From Trichoplax sp. H2 (lineage: Eukaryota), in NCBI GenBank assembly GCA_003344405.1, contig NOWV01000024.1:1-64000 (forward strand): a stretch of 64,000 nucleotides of DNA, read 5' to 3'. Each line of letters begins with the position of its first letter. Positions within the stretch are counted from its first letter, which is position 1. This document shows, piece after piece, positions 51,710 through 64,000 of this stretch. The notes under the pieces were generated by a model. The model saw only the letters and a list, made by a program, of their open reading frames with translations, had not been told where the DNA came from and did not search any database. Position numbers and translations under genes: made by a program.

Positions 51710-54700
51710 TCACCTAGTTTCATGGAACGAATTAGCCCGTTGATATTGGGATCCGTACGTATAGCTAGCTGAAGAATTACTTCTACCATAGTTTGCAGGG
51801 CGATGAGATTGATTATTTTGAAGTGTATTTTCAGAAATAGATTGATGTGTAAAAAAATTTCTCGAGTTTCCTTGATGATTAAATTCGGTCCCTTCAGCCG
51901 AATTGGCTGGAATAAGTGGAGCACATGTAGGTGGCGGCGGACTAGGAGGAGTATAGAATTGCCGTTCTTGATAGGGATAATGTGGTTTATCCGAAATTTG
52001 CGGCCTTGGCGGCCTAGGTGGTGGTGTTGACGGGATTGTTGTACTAGTCTCGTCTTCGGGATGGCGCGGCTGCTCACACATTTCGCACTTTACCAAACTA
52101 TAATCATTTAAATATGTACACCTGCTGCATTTCCATTGTGGAGTAGCTAACGGATAAGAAACAGATATACCAATATTATACGAAAGGGAATCAAAAATTG
52201 GCATCAATTACTTACTATACAAGCTATTCCTATGTATGAATGGGTATATATATAATCTAAATGTTAATATTAGTATCGCAGCGCCAGTAAATTGCCGTTA
52301 CCATCAATACCCTAGAATTGTTTAATAAATAGCGAAATTTTAAACATACTTGGCCTATCACTTAATAATCTAATTGATCGCTGCAGAGAATCGATGTCTT
52401 CTTTCAATATGTCAATATTCTTTGCCTGAAAATTAAATAAGACAGCAAATAGAAGAAAGTTAATATGCTACTTAAAGACTTAGTCGTACTAGATCATCCA
52501 GATTTATGACAGACTAGATGAAGGCAAAATACGTTATCCAGCAGACTTTTATACAGTACCACACATTATACATGAATTGAAATGTTCAAATAATTTCAGT
52601 CAATACACTGAATAAGATCAATGTCAGAATTAATTATAGTTCCAATCAACACATTTATCGTTATGACTATATGTATCGTTACATATGTAATTTTTCTTTT
52701 TTGTGATAAAGCATAATAACAATATTTGCCGTAAAGTACACTATAAATATTGACAGACATACAGTGCAACATATTAAAATCATAAATCTTAGGCATTATT
52801 CAAGTAAAGATGGATTCCTATTACTTATTGATAAATAACTTAAAGAGATTGATGAAGGAAAATAGAAATTCTTACTAGAGCCTTAGCTCTTTCATTCGAT
52901 AATTGGAGTTTTTGCTGTTTTTCTTCAATAGCAATTTTCAGTTGTTGTAATTCTTCTTCCTTCCTTTCGATGCGCTGTTGTATAATGAACAGTCGTTAGT
53001 AAAACAAACCTAAACTAAATTTCATACTAAGTATGCCATCGATGTAGACATTACTCACCTTTTTGGTAACATTTAAGCTAAAGAGCTGGTCTCTGATTCT
53101 ATCTGTATATCAAATAATGAAAAATTTTGCTCAATCTTTAATATCATTATCAAGGCAGGCAGTATCAATGTCTAATTATGATATGAAATAACATTGCTTG
53201 TTTATTCTACTGACACAGGCATCTAGATCCTAATGTCTACAGCTGTTGTTTTGAAGTACGACTGATTACTGAAAAACAGTTACTTCGATGACGTTATCTG
53301 CACCGGTATAAATAAAGTAATGTAATCTAAAAATTACGCTGTCTTCATACTACCACGAAAACATATTAGCTAATTTATCAATATCGATATGCTCTTGTGA
53401 TCGTGTCATGATTGCGAAATGATGATAGTATATGTTCTTGCAGGATTTAACTTATAGTTTCAATGTAATTTCCAGAGCAGCTGCCGAAGCGCTACTTGTG
53501 AAACTAACTCTTATAAGCATCAATAACTATATTTCATTACACTTACGAACAACGCTAATTATCAAAATTCAAAGGTCAGGACATGGTTTACAGGTATATA
53601 TTGATTACTCTACTACCAACGGTATACTTTTGTTGCAATAAAGCTAGTTGGTGATAATTTCTATTGAGATTAAATACATTAAGATAATCTATTTATATCG
53701 AAGCAATTGATTTGTAAATCTGTAAAGTATTCTTTAAAACTACTATCCATTGAGAGATAATTCCAATGTTGTAGTATTACTGTATAAGACTAAATTGAAA
53801 TCTCGTTGCTAAGGAGTAAACTAAAAGCTTAAGATGAATAGGCTACCTACTTTGCGACTGAGCATTCAATGTACCCGATTCGTCTTCACTGGTAGTGCCA
53901 GATGTTGCGTTACTCCAAGGACTTCCGTCATCGAAAGGAGATACAGATGGGATAGGGCGCATCGTATCCGATGGTGTCGGTGTTGAGGGTGGTGAACTGA
54001 TTATCAAAGAATGAGAGAAACTGATATGTAATCTATCAGGCCGAGGAGTTTCAGGATTTGGTGTTGGATCACTTTCATGATCTCCGCTTAAAATTTGACG
54101 GCATAATGCTAAATTGTTACCGCTCTGTTTAGTCAAAAAGTTCCAAAAATTAGTGATTACGAAAGCAGTTCTTTGGATAACTTAATATGTTGTTTACAGA
54201 TGACACAACTATGGGAACTAGTGCATAATATCAATTTTGCCTATTGCATTTTTGCGGCTACATCAAGAATAATGTGAAAGACGAAGCAAGCGCCATTTTA
54301 TCTAGGATTTCATGGTAGAAGGCGTCAGAACCAGTCAGCCATGCACTACAAAGTACTTACTATCGACTATATTTAGAGTATCGCTAAATGATTCTAATTC
54401 TAAAGTTATGTAGCAGCACAAATTGGCATTTATTGTTAATGCAGCATTCAAAACGTGTTTATGTATTCAACTTAAAAAGTTTCTGTCACTTGATATCGTT
54501 GTACACTCTTTTAAATATATATTGTAACTACTATTTACAGCAAATCACTACGTAATAAATACATATCAATCTGAAGTTCTATATATGCACATATGTAAGG
54601 CATAGGCTTTAATTTTATATCTCTATCCTAACAAGAGGACGTTCGCTTTTTGTACTATTTCATCGTCATAAATATCTGCACCCAGGGAAAAATATTACAA

Positions 54701-55262
54701 AAGTATAAAAAGCAGCAATAACTTTTACAGGTTGCATGTCAATCTTGACACTCTGAAATAATTATTTAGTAATTAATCAGCATAACGACATCATGTCCGT
54801 CTGTCCACGCCTAGACACGGTCCGATTCAGGACATAATCATTAGGGGGGCATCGTATCGCACGATACTGTGAAAGCCATACTAAACTATGGAAAGAAATC
54901 TTGCAATAATGAATTCTACGGCGCTTCGAGATTAGAAAAAAAAAGGGATTTTACCATTTTACCATAGAGGAAATATTTTGAAAAACAATCTTCAAGTATT
55001 CCTTCGTGTTTTTACTTTTAAGCTATCTTAAGTGCTTTTAATTTTATAGCGCAAAACAACCAGACATGCTACTCGATACTACGTAGGCTCAACCGACTGA
55101 CGTAAAAAATAAAAATAGCAGTTACACAAGGTTTAAGTTATTGATATTTACCTGCTCGTAACAGGCCAAAATCGTTGCTGGATCGACATTAGGAAATTCT
55201 TTAATTAGTTGATCGGTTGGGGACAACTCTATCTTCTCGTTTTGCGTATTCTCGCTCGCCAT
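51710..55262 (-). CDS. TAB2: TAK1-binding protein TAB2/TAB3-like (CUE - Pro/Ser-rich - coiled coil - NZF), about 346 aa
   Basis: Exons 55262-55152, 54124-53851, 53102-53059, 52974-52876, 52425-52350 and 52146-51710 join in frame (1041 nt). CUE: QLIKEFPNVDPATILACYEQSGNNLALCRQILS; coiled coil: RIERKEEELQQLKIAIEEKQQKL; NZF: QWKCSRCTYLNDYSLVKCEMCEQPR. The domain order is that of TAB2/3 (co-ortholog of both). Confidence 0.85.
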
Positions 55263-56574
55263 GAAAATAATGTTAATTCAAACAGCACTGTAGTAAACCA
55301 CAGGACACGAATGGCGTTTGCCCTATATAAGTTATATTCATTATCTCAGTAAAGGTGATGACTCAACATGAGTTGTATGACTGAAGCAGTTGATACTGGA
55401 AATTGGAACTGCTAATCGATTCCATTTTGGTAGCTATTATTGTAGTGGTCAATATGCATAGCTAGAGATTTATACTCTATTGCATAGAGCATGAGAAAAC
55501 ATGATTTTGTGACATTCCATGGTTAAACGTATGTGAAATGAGCATGTTTATAAAGTTGTTTTGCTCTTACCTGTGAGTAAATGTTAACACAGCACAAGTG
55601 CACTTTGGGTCAGAAAGAGAAGTTGGGAAATTATTCTATATTCACGTTACCACTGCAACAAGTTAGTGGTAGGAGTATGACGGTGTTCAACCAGGCTACT
55701 GAAATAGATTGAGGACAAACAGTCTTATGATTGCACGACAGCAAGATCAGTGAGCCTATATAATAGCAAAAAATTCACTTGATTAAAAAACGGTGCTATA
55801 GAGTCTATTGGGCAGCTGAAGACACTACTGCTTGTGGTGGTGAAAGTAACGTTCAACATGTTTCTACGGCGTTATGGCGTTATAGAATAGTAAGAACAAA
55901 CTCAAAGCAGTCGATACAATCGTCAAGAAAGTTTCAAAAGGCGAGCAAACAGATATGACAGTTTGCTATCATGGAACTCACAGTCAGACCATGCATACAA
56001 GGAGAGATGACTAATGTTGTATCATAATACTATCAATACGTATGATTTTGCATCTCGTAGTGGTATTTTCCAACCCTGTCACTGAATTGCACACTGTCCA
56101 CTAAAGCAAGTACATTTAGCCGTACCTTCCAATTGACTTTGTCGAGACAACAGATAATCCTTGTCGGCAATTTCTTGCAAGAAATTTCAAGGCCCAACTA
56201 GAAGAATAAACGCTTGTCCCTAGCTGTAGACGACCACCTTCTCCACACTGATTAATTGATTAAATTATCAATTGAATCATTTATTGAAAAGATTTCCGTG
56301 GCTAGTTACAAAAATAAAATCCAATTGCCTACACTACTATGACCCAATTGAGATTGCTTACGGCATAAAACGGGATAATACTGTCAAAAAGTGGAAGACC
56401 AGCAATGGGATAGTCTTGAATATAGTACTGTAATTGGGATTTTTTTTCAATAACAAGTGTAAATTTTTCTTCTTTGAAACTCTTTGAAAGTGCAGCTTTT
56501 CCTTGTTCACTGCTGGCCCCGAATGGCTATTGTGTTTTTGCTGGTGACGATCGACGGAGATTGTGTTTGGTGGT

Positions 56575-57030
56575 ACGTACACTTGTACAATGTATAGTAA
56601 GACGATTTGACCACGTCCAGCACTGTATCACGTGACTACTGTTGAGTACGACAGTACAGCATTGTACAATGTACAGTACTGCACGTCTCGTTTGCGTTCG
56701 GTTGTACAGTATGACGCTTCAACCACGTACTACAGTACTAGTATGACGTGAGTCACGTGACTGCGACACTACAGTTACAGTATGGCACAGTGCATCTCGT
56801 TTTGGATGACGGCGGTACTGGTTGTACATTATAGTACTGTAAGTGGGTCAGAGATTCAATTGTACAGTACTGTACTGTAGTGCCGGTTGGGTGGGTTGAC
56901 AGTTGATCTGGGCTGTGACGTGCGGTCATTTTTCAGCCACTTTTTGACAACCTTTCCTTCTAGAGTGCTATACACTGTACACTGTACTGTACAGTGGAAT
57001 CTACGCATTATACTGTACTGTGGAACAAAT
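56575..57030. promoter_or_regulatory. Putative TAB2/3 promoter with E-box/CLEAR, CRE-half and AP-1 sites and a GTACAGT/ACTGTAC motif array
   Basis: TCACGTGA at 56628-56635; perfect palindrome AGTCACGTGACT at 56751-56762 overlapping TGAGTCA (56749-56755) and next to TGACGT (56744-56749). GC content is locally raised, and a minus-strand GTAAG donor lies near 56361. Confidence 0.55.
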
Positions 57031-58453
57031 ACCTTGTAATGATGACATCATGCGTAAAAATAGCTACTAGAAGTTCCACGTTTAAATAACGGAATACTCC
57101 TGCAAATAGCATGCTCGATGGATTTGCATTACCCTAAGAAAACTTTAAAAAATGATAAATACGAGCGACAGGCCATTGTTTATACAATAGCATAGGAGTA
57201 TTGTATGGCTGCTCAAATTATGACAAATATACATATTTTACTGCAGTAGAATGCAACGATCTTATCATAGCTTGTCCCGCAGCCCAACTCTTTCCATGAT
57301 GAATAACTCTACCTATTGCGCTATGAATTCCATAAGCATCAAGTGATTTTGTACCCATGCCGTTTACATGGGCTATCTTTCGAGTTATCATCCAATGGTA
57401 CGCCGTAGTAGCAATTTACAAATGAGATACCACATTGGAATGAAAGTTAAATTGATTCACGCTGTGTAATACTCCTAATTCATTACTACAGTACTGTGTT
57501 GCCAGCTAGCTTAGCACGCGCACTAGCAGACCGGCTTACATCTCGCACATAGCATCATATAATCATACTGAGATTCGATTTATTTAAGGCTTTATTGATG
57601 TCTATGGAACAAATGTATTGCTTTATTCTAATGCTACAGTATAACTGTATAACAAATACCGCTATAGGATCAATACTTGGACAGTTTCCTCATACATACA
57701 ATAGTACGATATTGTTTGCAATCGAGGTAAAGGCGGGTGGATGCAAGTATGTAACTCTACGACTACAGTGTTGCATACTAACATCAATAGGGGACAATTT
57801 CTCGACAGAAAGCTCACGCTCAAGACAGCATCATTACATTACATTAAAACAGCGACTAGAGCATAGCCGCTACATTTACTCATACGAGTCATTACCGAAA
57901 GATTGTAAATACCTTAAACCATACGAATGTTGCATATTGTACAAATGAATACGTATATTCGCGTATAATCCTACATGAAAATATTCCTTTTGGAGGTGTC
58001 AGTACAACCCGTGCTAATAAATTTTCATTGTCAATAGAAGAAGATTCGGTATACCAGTTCGAAAATTTATCTATACAATTTTTACTCTATTCTTTCCTAA
58101 ATTACTATACGTACATTATCTTGCACAGATTTTTAGTCTAATGAAAACGTAAAATAAGCGTATCAATAAAAGATATCAAAGTGTTTTTAATCCATTTTGT
58201 ACACATATCTTGTATAATATTTATGCCTTAAATAATTTTCAAATGATACAGTAGGATCATATCTTATAAATGATCCATTCCGGCGCTAGTTAGAGATTAA
58301 TTGATCTTGTAATCACTGTAGAAAAGTACATTGTATGCCTTTATGAGTTGATTCTCCTGCAAAAGAAAAGCGTTAGGGTCACCTAAAATATTAACCCGAG
58401 CGATTAAGTTACATCGATTATAATGAAACTTACCCAATAGAGGTATTTACAGG

Positions 58454-60796
58454 CTATAGAACGATCGCAAAGTTATTTCGTGATTTTCCTGTTCTTACAT
58501 TGGTTTTAGGGAAACTACATTCATAATAGGATCGATCATAACGGTGACTATTAAACTTTTGAATTAAACTTGTAGAAAATGAAATACCTGCTACATTTCG
58601 GGTTTTCAACTTGTAGTTGAAATACTTTATAGCTTAACTTTCGGCTAGAGTGGCTAAATAAATTGATAAATCCCAAAGATTCGAATATCTGATGTAGCAA
58701 TTTATCATCTAAATATCTTGAATTGGTCACACACGCTACAGGGACAATAAACTGGACCAAAATAATCCGCCAATGTATTAGAACCAAATCATGTTATGTT
58801 GTGATATTTATGTTGAAATTACAGATAACAGTTATAATATTGTACTACTATAAAAAAAATAAATTTGACAGAATAGCTAGAATTCAATTTAAAGGTCTTA
58901 CAAAGACATAGCCACCGAGCCTGCACAGTTTACGGCACTTTTTTAACATATTTCCTAGTAAGATTTCAAATGTTAAACAGGAATGATCATATACCCATCA
59001 TAATGTTTAATAGTTAGGTACTAACAAGGGACAAACAATCTTTCTAAAATCTCACTTAAAAGTAATCTGTTGGATACCTCTTTCTGCAGCATTACCAATA
59101 AAATTTATAACCAGGCTTAGTATAATCACATCGAATTTCTTACTTTCCTAAATGTTATAACATTGAGTCATGAATGGCTTAGTGATTGTTGTATGAATAG
59201 TAGAGGTCAGTACTAAGTTTCTGTAGTAACACTGTAGAGTTAAACGAAGATGTTACTCTAATGCTGCAATCAATTACAAAGGTTAGGAAATCTATTAGAA
59301 ATTTAATAGTTATACTGGCATTAAAAATCACCGTAAATGTTAGGAAATCAGCTTTCTGAACAGACTGATCACAGGGATTTATGTCAATGGCTGTGCAGTC
59401 TATCCAAGACTTTTGATTAACATAATTATCTTGCAAAGCACCAACATCGAGCAGCTTTAGACGTTCGTCCTGATGATAAATTAATAGTTCATTGTAATCA
59501 AACAATGTAGTAGCCAAGAGAAGAAGATGCATGATGCTATGTAAAGTAATCTCATCGCTAGTTTATATTCACAGCATTGTTATATATTGACCTTTGTAGA
59601 TGGACGTATTGTTAGTTTATTCATTTGCTTTAGAATCCATTTAGAGGTATTTTGTTGGCCGTGGTGTTCTTCTCCTAATTTTGAGGCAGTCTGATAGGCC
59701 TGAAATCCGCCACACTAATAGTATTAATGGCATAGTAAGGACGAAGTGAGTCAATGAATATGAGCTGCATCAATGATAAACCAGTAAACAAGGTCCCAAA
59801 TTTGTTGGTAAATCATTATCAACATATTTAAAAACAATATAATTTGAAATCGTTCATCCAATGAATATATCACCGGCAATAATTGCCTACTGGATACAAA
59901 GTAAGGCTAATCAATATAGCAGCATTCAACCAGTTAAGTAGAACTACCTCAATAAGCGTTTTCTTCAGATCGCTCAACTTCGTTCTTTGCTCTGCGCTAC
60001 TGATGCTGGTATCGCTCTTGACTTTATCCATCATTTTCATTAAATTATGAATTTTTGATATTAACTGGCCATCTTTTCGAATTTGGTAGCTAAGAGAATG
60101 GGTAAACAATAGAATAGCTTAGCTATTACAACATTATACTGCAAATTTATTAATTTGTTTTTCTACAAATCAAGAACTGAAACAATCATAACATTGAGAT
60201 TTTGTAAAGATTCAATTGGCCAATACTCCGTTCTGTACAGTACAGATACTGTACACTTGTGCAGTGAAGTCATTTTATTGACTTTATTTTTCCAAATTCT
60301 CTCACGAGCTAATGAGAAAACTTGAGCATGCTGCAGTCAGGTCCATACAAAGCAGTTACAGTTACTCTACTGGTAGAGTGAAGTACTACCAGAGCAGTTA
60401 GTAAACGAAGGGATAATTTCTGTACAGAAATACCTATATTAATCACTATTTAATCAGGGACTACTAAAAGGAGAGACATCACCAATTTGCTCTTGAACGG
60501 TCGATTTCTGTCTCTCTCTTATAGAGTAATCCCTGATTTAATAATCATGCTGATAGACCAAGCGTTGCTGTAAGGCAGTAGACTACTAGCTAGCATATCA
60601 ACTATGCGAATGGAACCATTGCAGCTGCACAATTCCGCAATGAGGTATCTGCATCAACTCCTGCATCACCATATCAGGCCAATAGTACAAGAGCTCAAAA
60701 AAAGGTCATAACCAACCTAGATTCGGTAATAGGTCTTGCATTCTTTTTCTTTTTTCTCTTTTTCCATTTCTTCTTCTTATTATTGGTAGTATCCAT
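58454..60796 (-). CDS. BMT2: Bmt2-family (yeast-type) rRNA adenine-N1 methyltransferase, about 276 aa
   Basis: Exons 60796-60717, 60089-59948, 59714-59592, 59469-59332, 59147-59078, 58954-58902, 58751-58588 and 58514-58454 join in frame (831 nt). Features: Lys-rich N-terminus, LISKIHNLMK, GGFQAYQTASKLG, NTSKWI, LLDVGAL, AIDINP..SVQKADFL, FDVIILSLVINF..A.ERGNML, FIVPVACVTNSRYLD, SLGF and the C-terminus GKSRNNFAIVL*. Confidence 0.85.
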
Positions 60797-60849
60797 GGCT
60801 GGTGCTTTCATCCACACCTTCAACCACGAAATCAGGCTGACGTTATTTG

Positions 60850-61140
60850 GCTCTACAGTACAGTACTTTGATGTAATCATCGAGTAGTCTTAGTACTGTA
60901 GACTGTAGACTGTTGGCCGTACTGCACAGTGTACACTGTACAGTACAGCACTTACAATGCATAGTACCGTATTGTAGAGTGCACTGTACTCTACTGTGCT
61001 GTACAGTGTACAGTACAGTCAATGAACTCAGATATACTGTACACTGTACACTGTACCAGAATGTGTACTGAACACTGGAAAGTAGAGTAGGCCCATAAAA
61101 ATCGATCTACTGTACTGTCTGTATTGCGTTACTGTGCTAT
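60850..61140. promoter_or_regulatory. ACTGTAC/GTACAGT low-complexity motif array upstream of BMT2 (divergent BMT2/ARL13B region)
   Basis: Dense repeats such as 'actgtacactgtacactgtac' and the palindrome ACAGTGTACACTGT at 60926-60939. Confidence 0.5.
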
Positions 61141-61747
61141 ATTTTAAGCCAGTAACGCAAAAGAACATCGATCTGTCAATGCTCCAAAAGCAATACATAA
61201 AAATGAAAAGAAATCAGGCAAATAGAATAAAGTGATTACGACAACAGAACTAAAACAACGGTCCCACAATTACCTACTACGGTTACAGTCTAGTATATTG
61301 CAGTAATTGCACCGAGGGTTGCACCAGGGGCTACTCAAGATTCCACTCTAGAGGCAGAGGTGAAATCTTACGTTTTGGACTGACGGACATCAGTCTGAAC
61401 AGGCTCTAGTTCTGACAATACTCACCTGCTATTAGAGGTATCTAGAAATTGATGACACTGTTCCGAGCGCAGCACTCACTAGAGATCTGTCAGGGATTAC
61501 TCGAGTAGTCTCTGGATCAGCTGACGATTACTAAATAAAGCTGAAAGATATTCTTAGTGCATGGACTAGGAGAATAAGAACACTTTGACTTTCTATCATA
61601 GCAGCCTTCATTAAAGAATGGCGAGATCTTAGTGTACACTGTACAGTATCAAGTGTACACTATTGTATCAGTATCAACACAGCGAATAAACCAAGACAGA
61701 GAAAAGCACCCTGAGTTCGCAATCGAGCTAAATATAAATGGTGATAG

Positions 61748-61761
61748 GTTGCCATAGCGAC
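61748..61761. promoter_or_regulatory. RFX X-box upstream of the ciliary gene ARL13B
   Basis: GTTGCCATAGCGAC is one mismatch from the GTTGCCATAGCAAC-type X-box and lies about 350 bp upstream of the ARL13B ATG. Confidence 0.7.
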
Positions 61762-62113
61762 CAAGACAATATTGATTGTTCTCAGAATGGATCGGCGAAC
61801 ATGGCTAGAGATGAGCTCGAACAACGTTGATTTTAATATGGATAACTATCGAGAAGTTGAGGAGGATATAGGTGAGCGTATATTAAAGGCTGATGATCCC
61901 ATTTATATTGATAGAGAATCACTATCATCAGTCATTATACTTGCAGTCAGTAAAGCAAAACGTGAAGGGTAAAATCTTGCAACTCTGATAAGATAATATT
62001 ATTATAGAATATCATCATCAAGCTGGTTGGCTAATTATCGAATAAAGTAATCCTGATAGTAGTCTACTTGAGAGGTAAACACCGCAATCGCTAAACCTAT
62101 GCCAAAGACAGCG

Positions 62114-63985
62114 ATGACAGAAATTTTCACAAGTTGTTTGCCGTGCCTTGGTAGGAGTAATGGATCCAATAAGAAAAGGTAAGGCGCAATAGATGATCGC
62201 TATTTAAAATCATCGAAGGAATGGAACAATACTGCCGTTGACAAACTGACGCTATACTTTTACCATCATATCATACTAAATTAAGCCTACATGATCATAT
62301 CCACTTGATGAGTATAGCAGCATCCAAATAAATAAATTATCCGAGTGAATAGATGATACTTCTTTCACAAATGGTTATCTTATAAATTGGACAATATCCT
62401 CTTTGGATAATATATTCATTACTGCAGTGATACTCTTTCAAAGCTAATGTTACGATTAATATTGCCATCATTTCTAGTGAAATCACTCTGCTAACGGTAG
62501 GACTAGATGGTGCTGGTAAATCAACTATTCTACGATGCTTGCAAGGAGGTATGTGTGTGATCGTATATTTTTGGCAAATTCAAATACACATAAAAGGCGT
62601 ACACTTTTACATGTCTACTTGATTTCAATAATGTAAAATTATCTATTCTACTTTAGTAATAAGATATTTAATTCTGTACCCAGTTTTAAATTGATTTGAA
62701 ATTGAATCGGAAAAGAGGCTATATCAAAATTACTTTTTTTGAAGCACGTATCTATTTATCATGTTATTGCTATCAACATAATTGCGTAGTGCATCGATGT
62801 CGAGGTGGAATATGAGATAGTGCTGTAGTAAATAGCACGAGAAAGTATGTCTTAAATTAGATTATTTTTATGTATACATCCCTGGCTATTAATTAAGATA
62901 GAGTAACAATACGTTATGAGACGGTATGCGACATCGATGATTGGTAATAAGAAGATGAAAGGAATACAGCTATATCATAAGTATATAAAAACTGTCTTTC
63001 CCACGACCGCATTGTTGAGCAGTAAAATTAGATGAAACTACAATGTTTCCATTAACACTATAAATCGTTGATTTGGATTTAGACATTTTGCTATCAAGAA
63101 GAGCGTGATAGCTTTCATCTGATATAAATGAAAGTCATGCGAAATAAACTCCCATAGACTAGTGTCCTGTTATACGTATTTTTAGAATGTCAGCATAGAA
63201 ACAATTTAATTTCGATCGTATCATTACAAATAGACCTGTAATCTCTATTCTCAAGCAGTAGATTTTTCGTGACTGCCGCATGATATTTATCAGTTAATAA
63301 ACAGAAATTGTTATTATTTAGCACATCATCTTATTTTTTTATGTTTAAAATTATTCTTTAGAAAGCATTGAAGGAGTTTCTACCACAGTAGGATTTAATA
63401 ACTTTTCACTGCAATTGTATGGACGTAAAATTATAACTTATGACGTCGGCGGTGGGCCGAGAATTCGTGGTATCTGGAAGAATTACTATCATGATGTAAG
63501 TAAATCAATTTATTTTCAGAACTTTATTGGCTAGTAAAGCAGTAATTGATAAAAAGCTTAAAAAAAGCATATATTTACTGTAGAATTAATCTATATCTAT
63601 TACTAGAGAAAAAAATCTGAAGGTAAATACGTACTAGCGACTCAATTTTTTTGTCGTTTACGACCAAAACGTTTATATAATGCTATTAATACAGTACAAT
63701 CGACTGTAATATATTGTTATAGAGATAAATAGCGTTTTTATTTCTTATAATTATATATTCTAGGTTCATGGTATCATTTATGTAGTCGATGCAAGTGATC
63801 ATAACAAATTAGAAGAAAATCTAGAAGTACTAGAAGAAGTTGTCAAACATGATAAATCAAAAGGAAAACCCATCTTGGTGTTAGCTAATAAACAAGATAT
63901 ACCCAATGCTATAGACAAGGAAAGATTAGTCAAACAGCTACAACTTCATTCGTTACTAACAAATAACCAAAATCCATATCGAGTG
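62114..63985 (+). CDS. ARL13B: ADP-ribosylation factor-like GTPase 13B (ciliary), 3' part beyond the window
   Basis: Exons 62114-62178, 62478-62548, 63362-63495 and 63764-63985. Features: N-terminal Cys residues (TSCLPCL), GLDGAGKST, TTVGF, DVGGGPRIRGIWKNYY (Gly instead of the catalytic Gln, typical of ARL13), GIIYVVDASD and GKPILVLANKQD. An in-frame upstream ATG lies at 62099. Confidence 0.93.
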
Positions 63986-64000
63986 GTGAGTCAAAATCTC

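Noticed and set aside
57595..57948. 117-aa plus-strand ORF between TAB2/3 and BMT2
   Set aside because: No recognisable motif or coherent exon chain; probably chance or UTR sequence.

Overview
AT-rich eukaryotic (animal) genomic DNA with short GT-AG introns and a compact gene-dense half. The composition and gene style suggest an early-branching metazoan such as the placozoan Trichoplax; this is inference, not shown by the sequence. Positions 1-13 kb are non-coding with degenerate tandem repeats. The genes in order are: a two-exon rhodopsin-class GPCR with opsin-like loops but no retinal lysine (+); an intronless class C (CaSR/mGluR-like) GPCR (+); TFB1M (+); DDX10 (-); intronless TAF1B/Rrn7 (+); a large low-complexity protein with a C-terminal CAP-Gly domain (+); TAB2/3-like (-); a yeast-type Bmt2 rRNA m1A methyltransferase (-); and ARL13B (+, truncated by the window end). 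A 20-N assembly gap is flanked by two near-identical copies of one locus: one is empty and the other carries a 358-bp TG..CA insertion with a 5-bp target-site duplication (probable polymorphic solo LTR). Regulatory signals include an RFX X-box before ARL13B, CLEAR/CRE/AP-1 sites before TAB2/3, and ACTGTAC/GTACAGT motif arrays at promoters. All exon structures were deduced by hand from splice signals and reading-frame continuity; no database searches were run.
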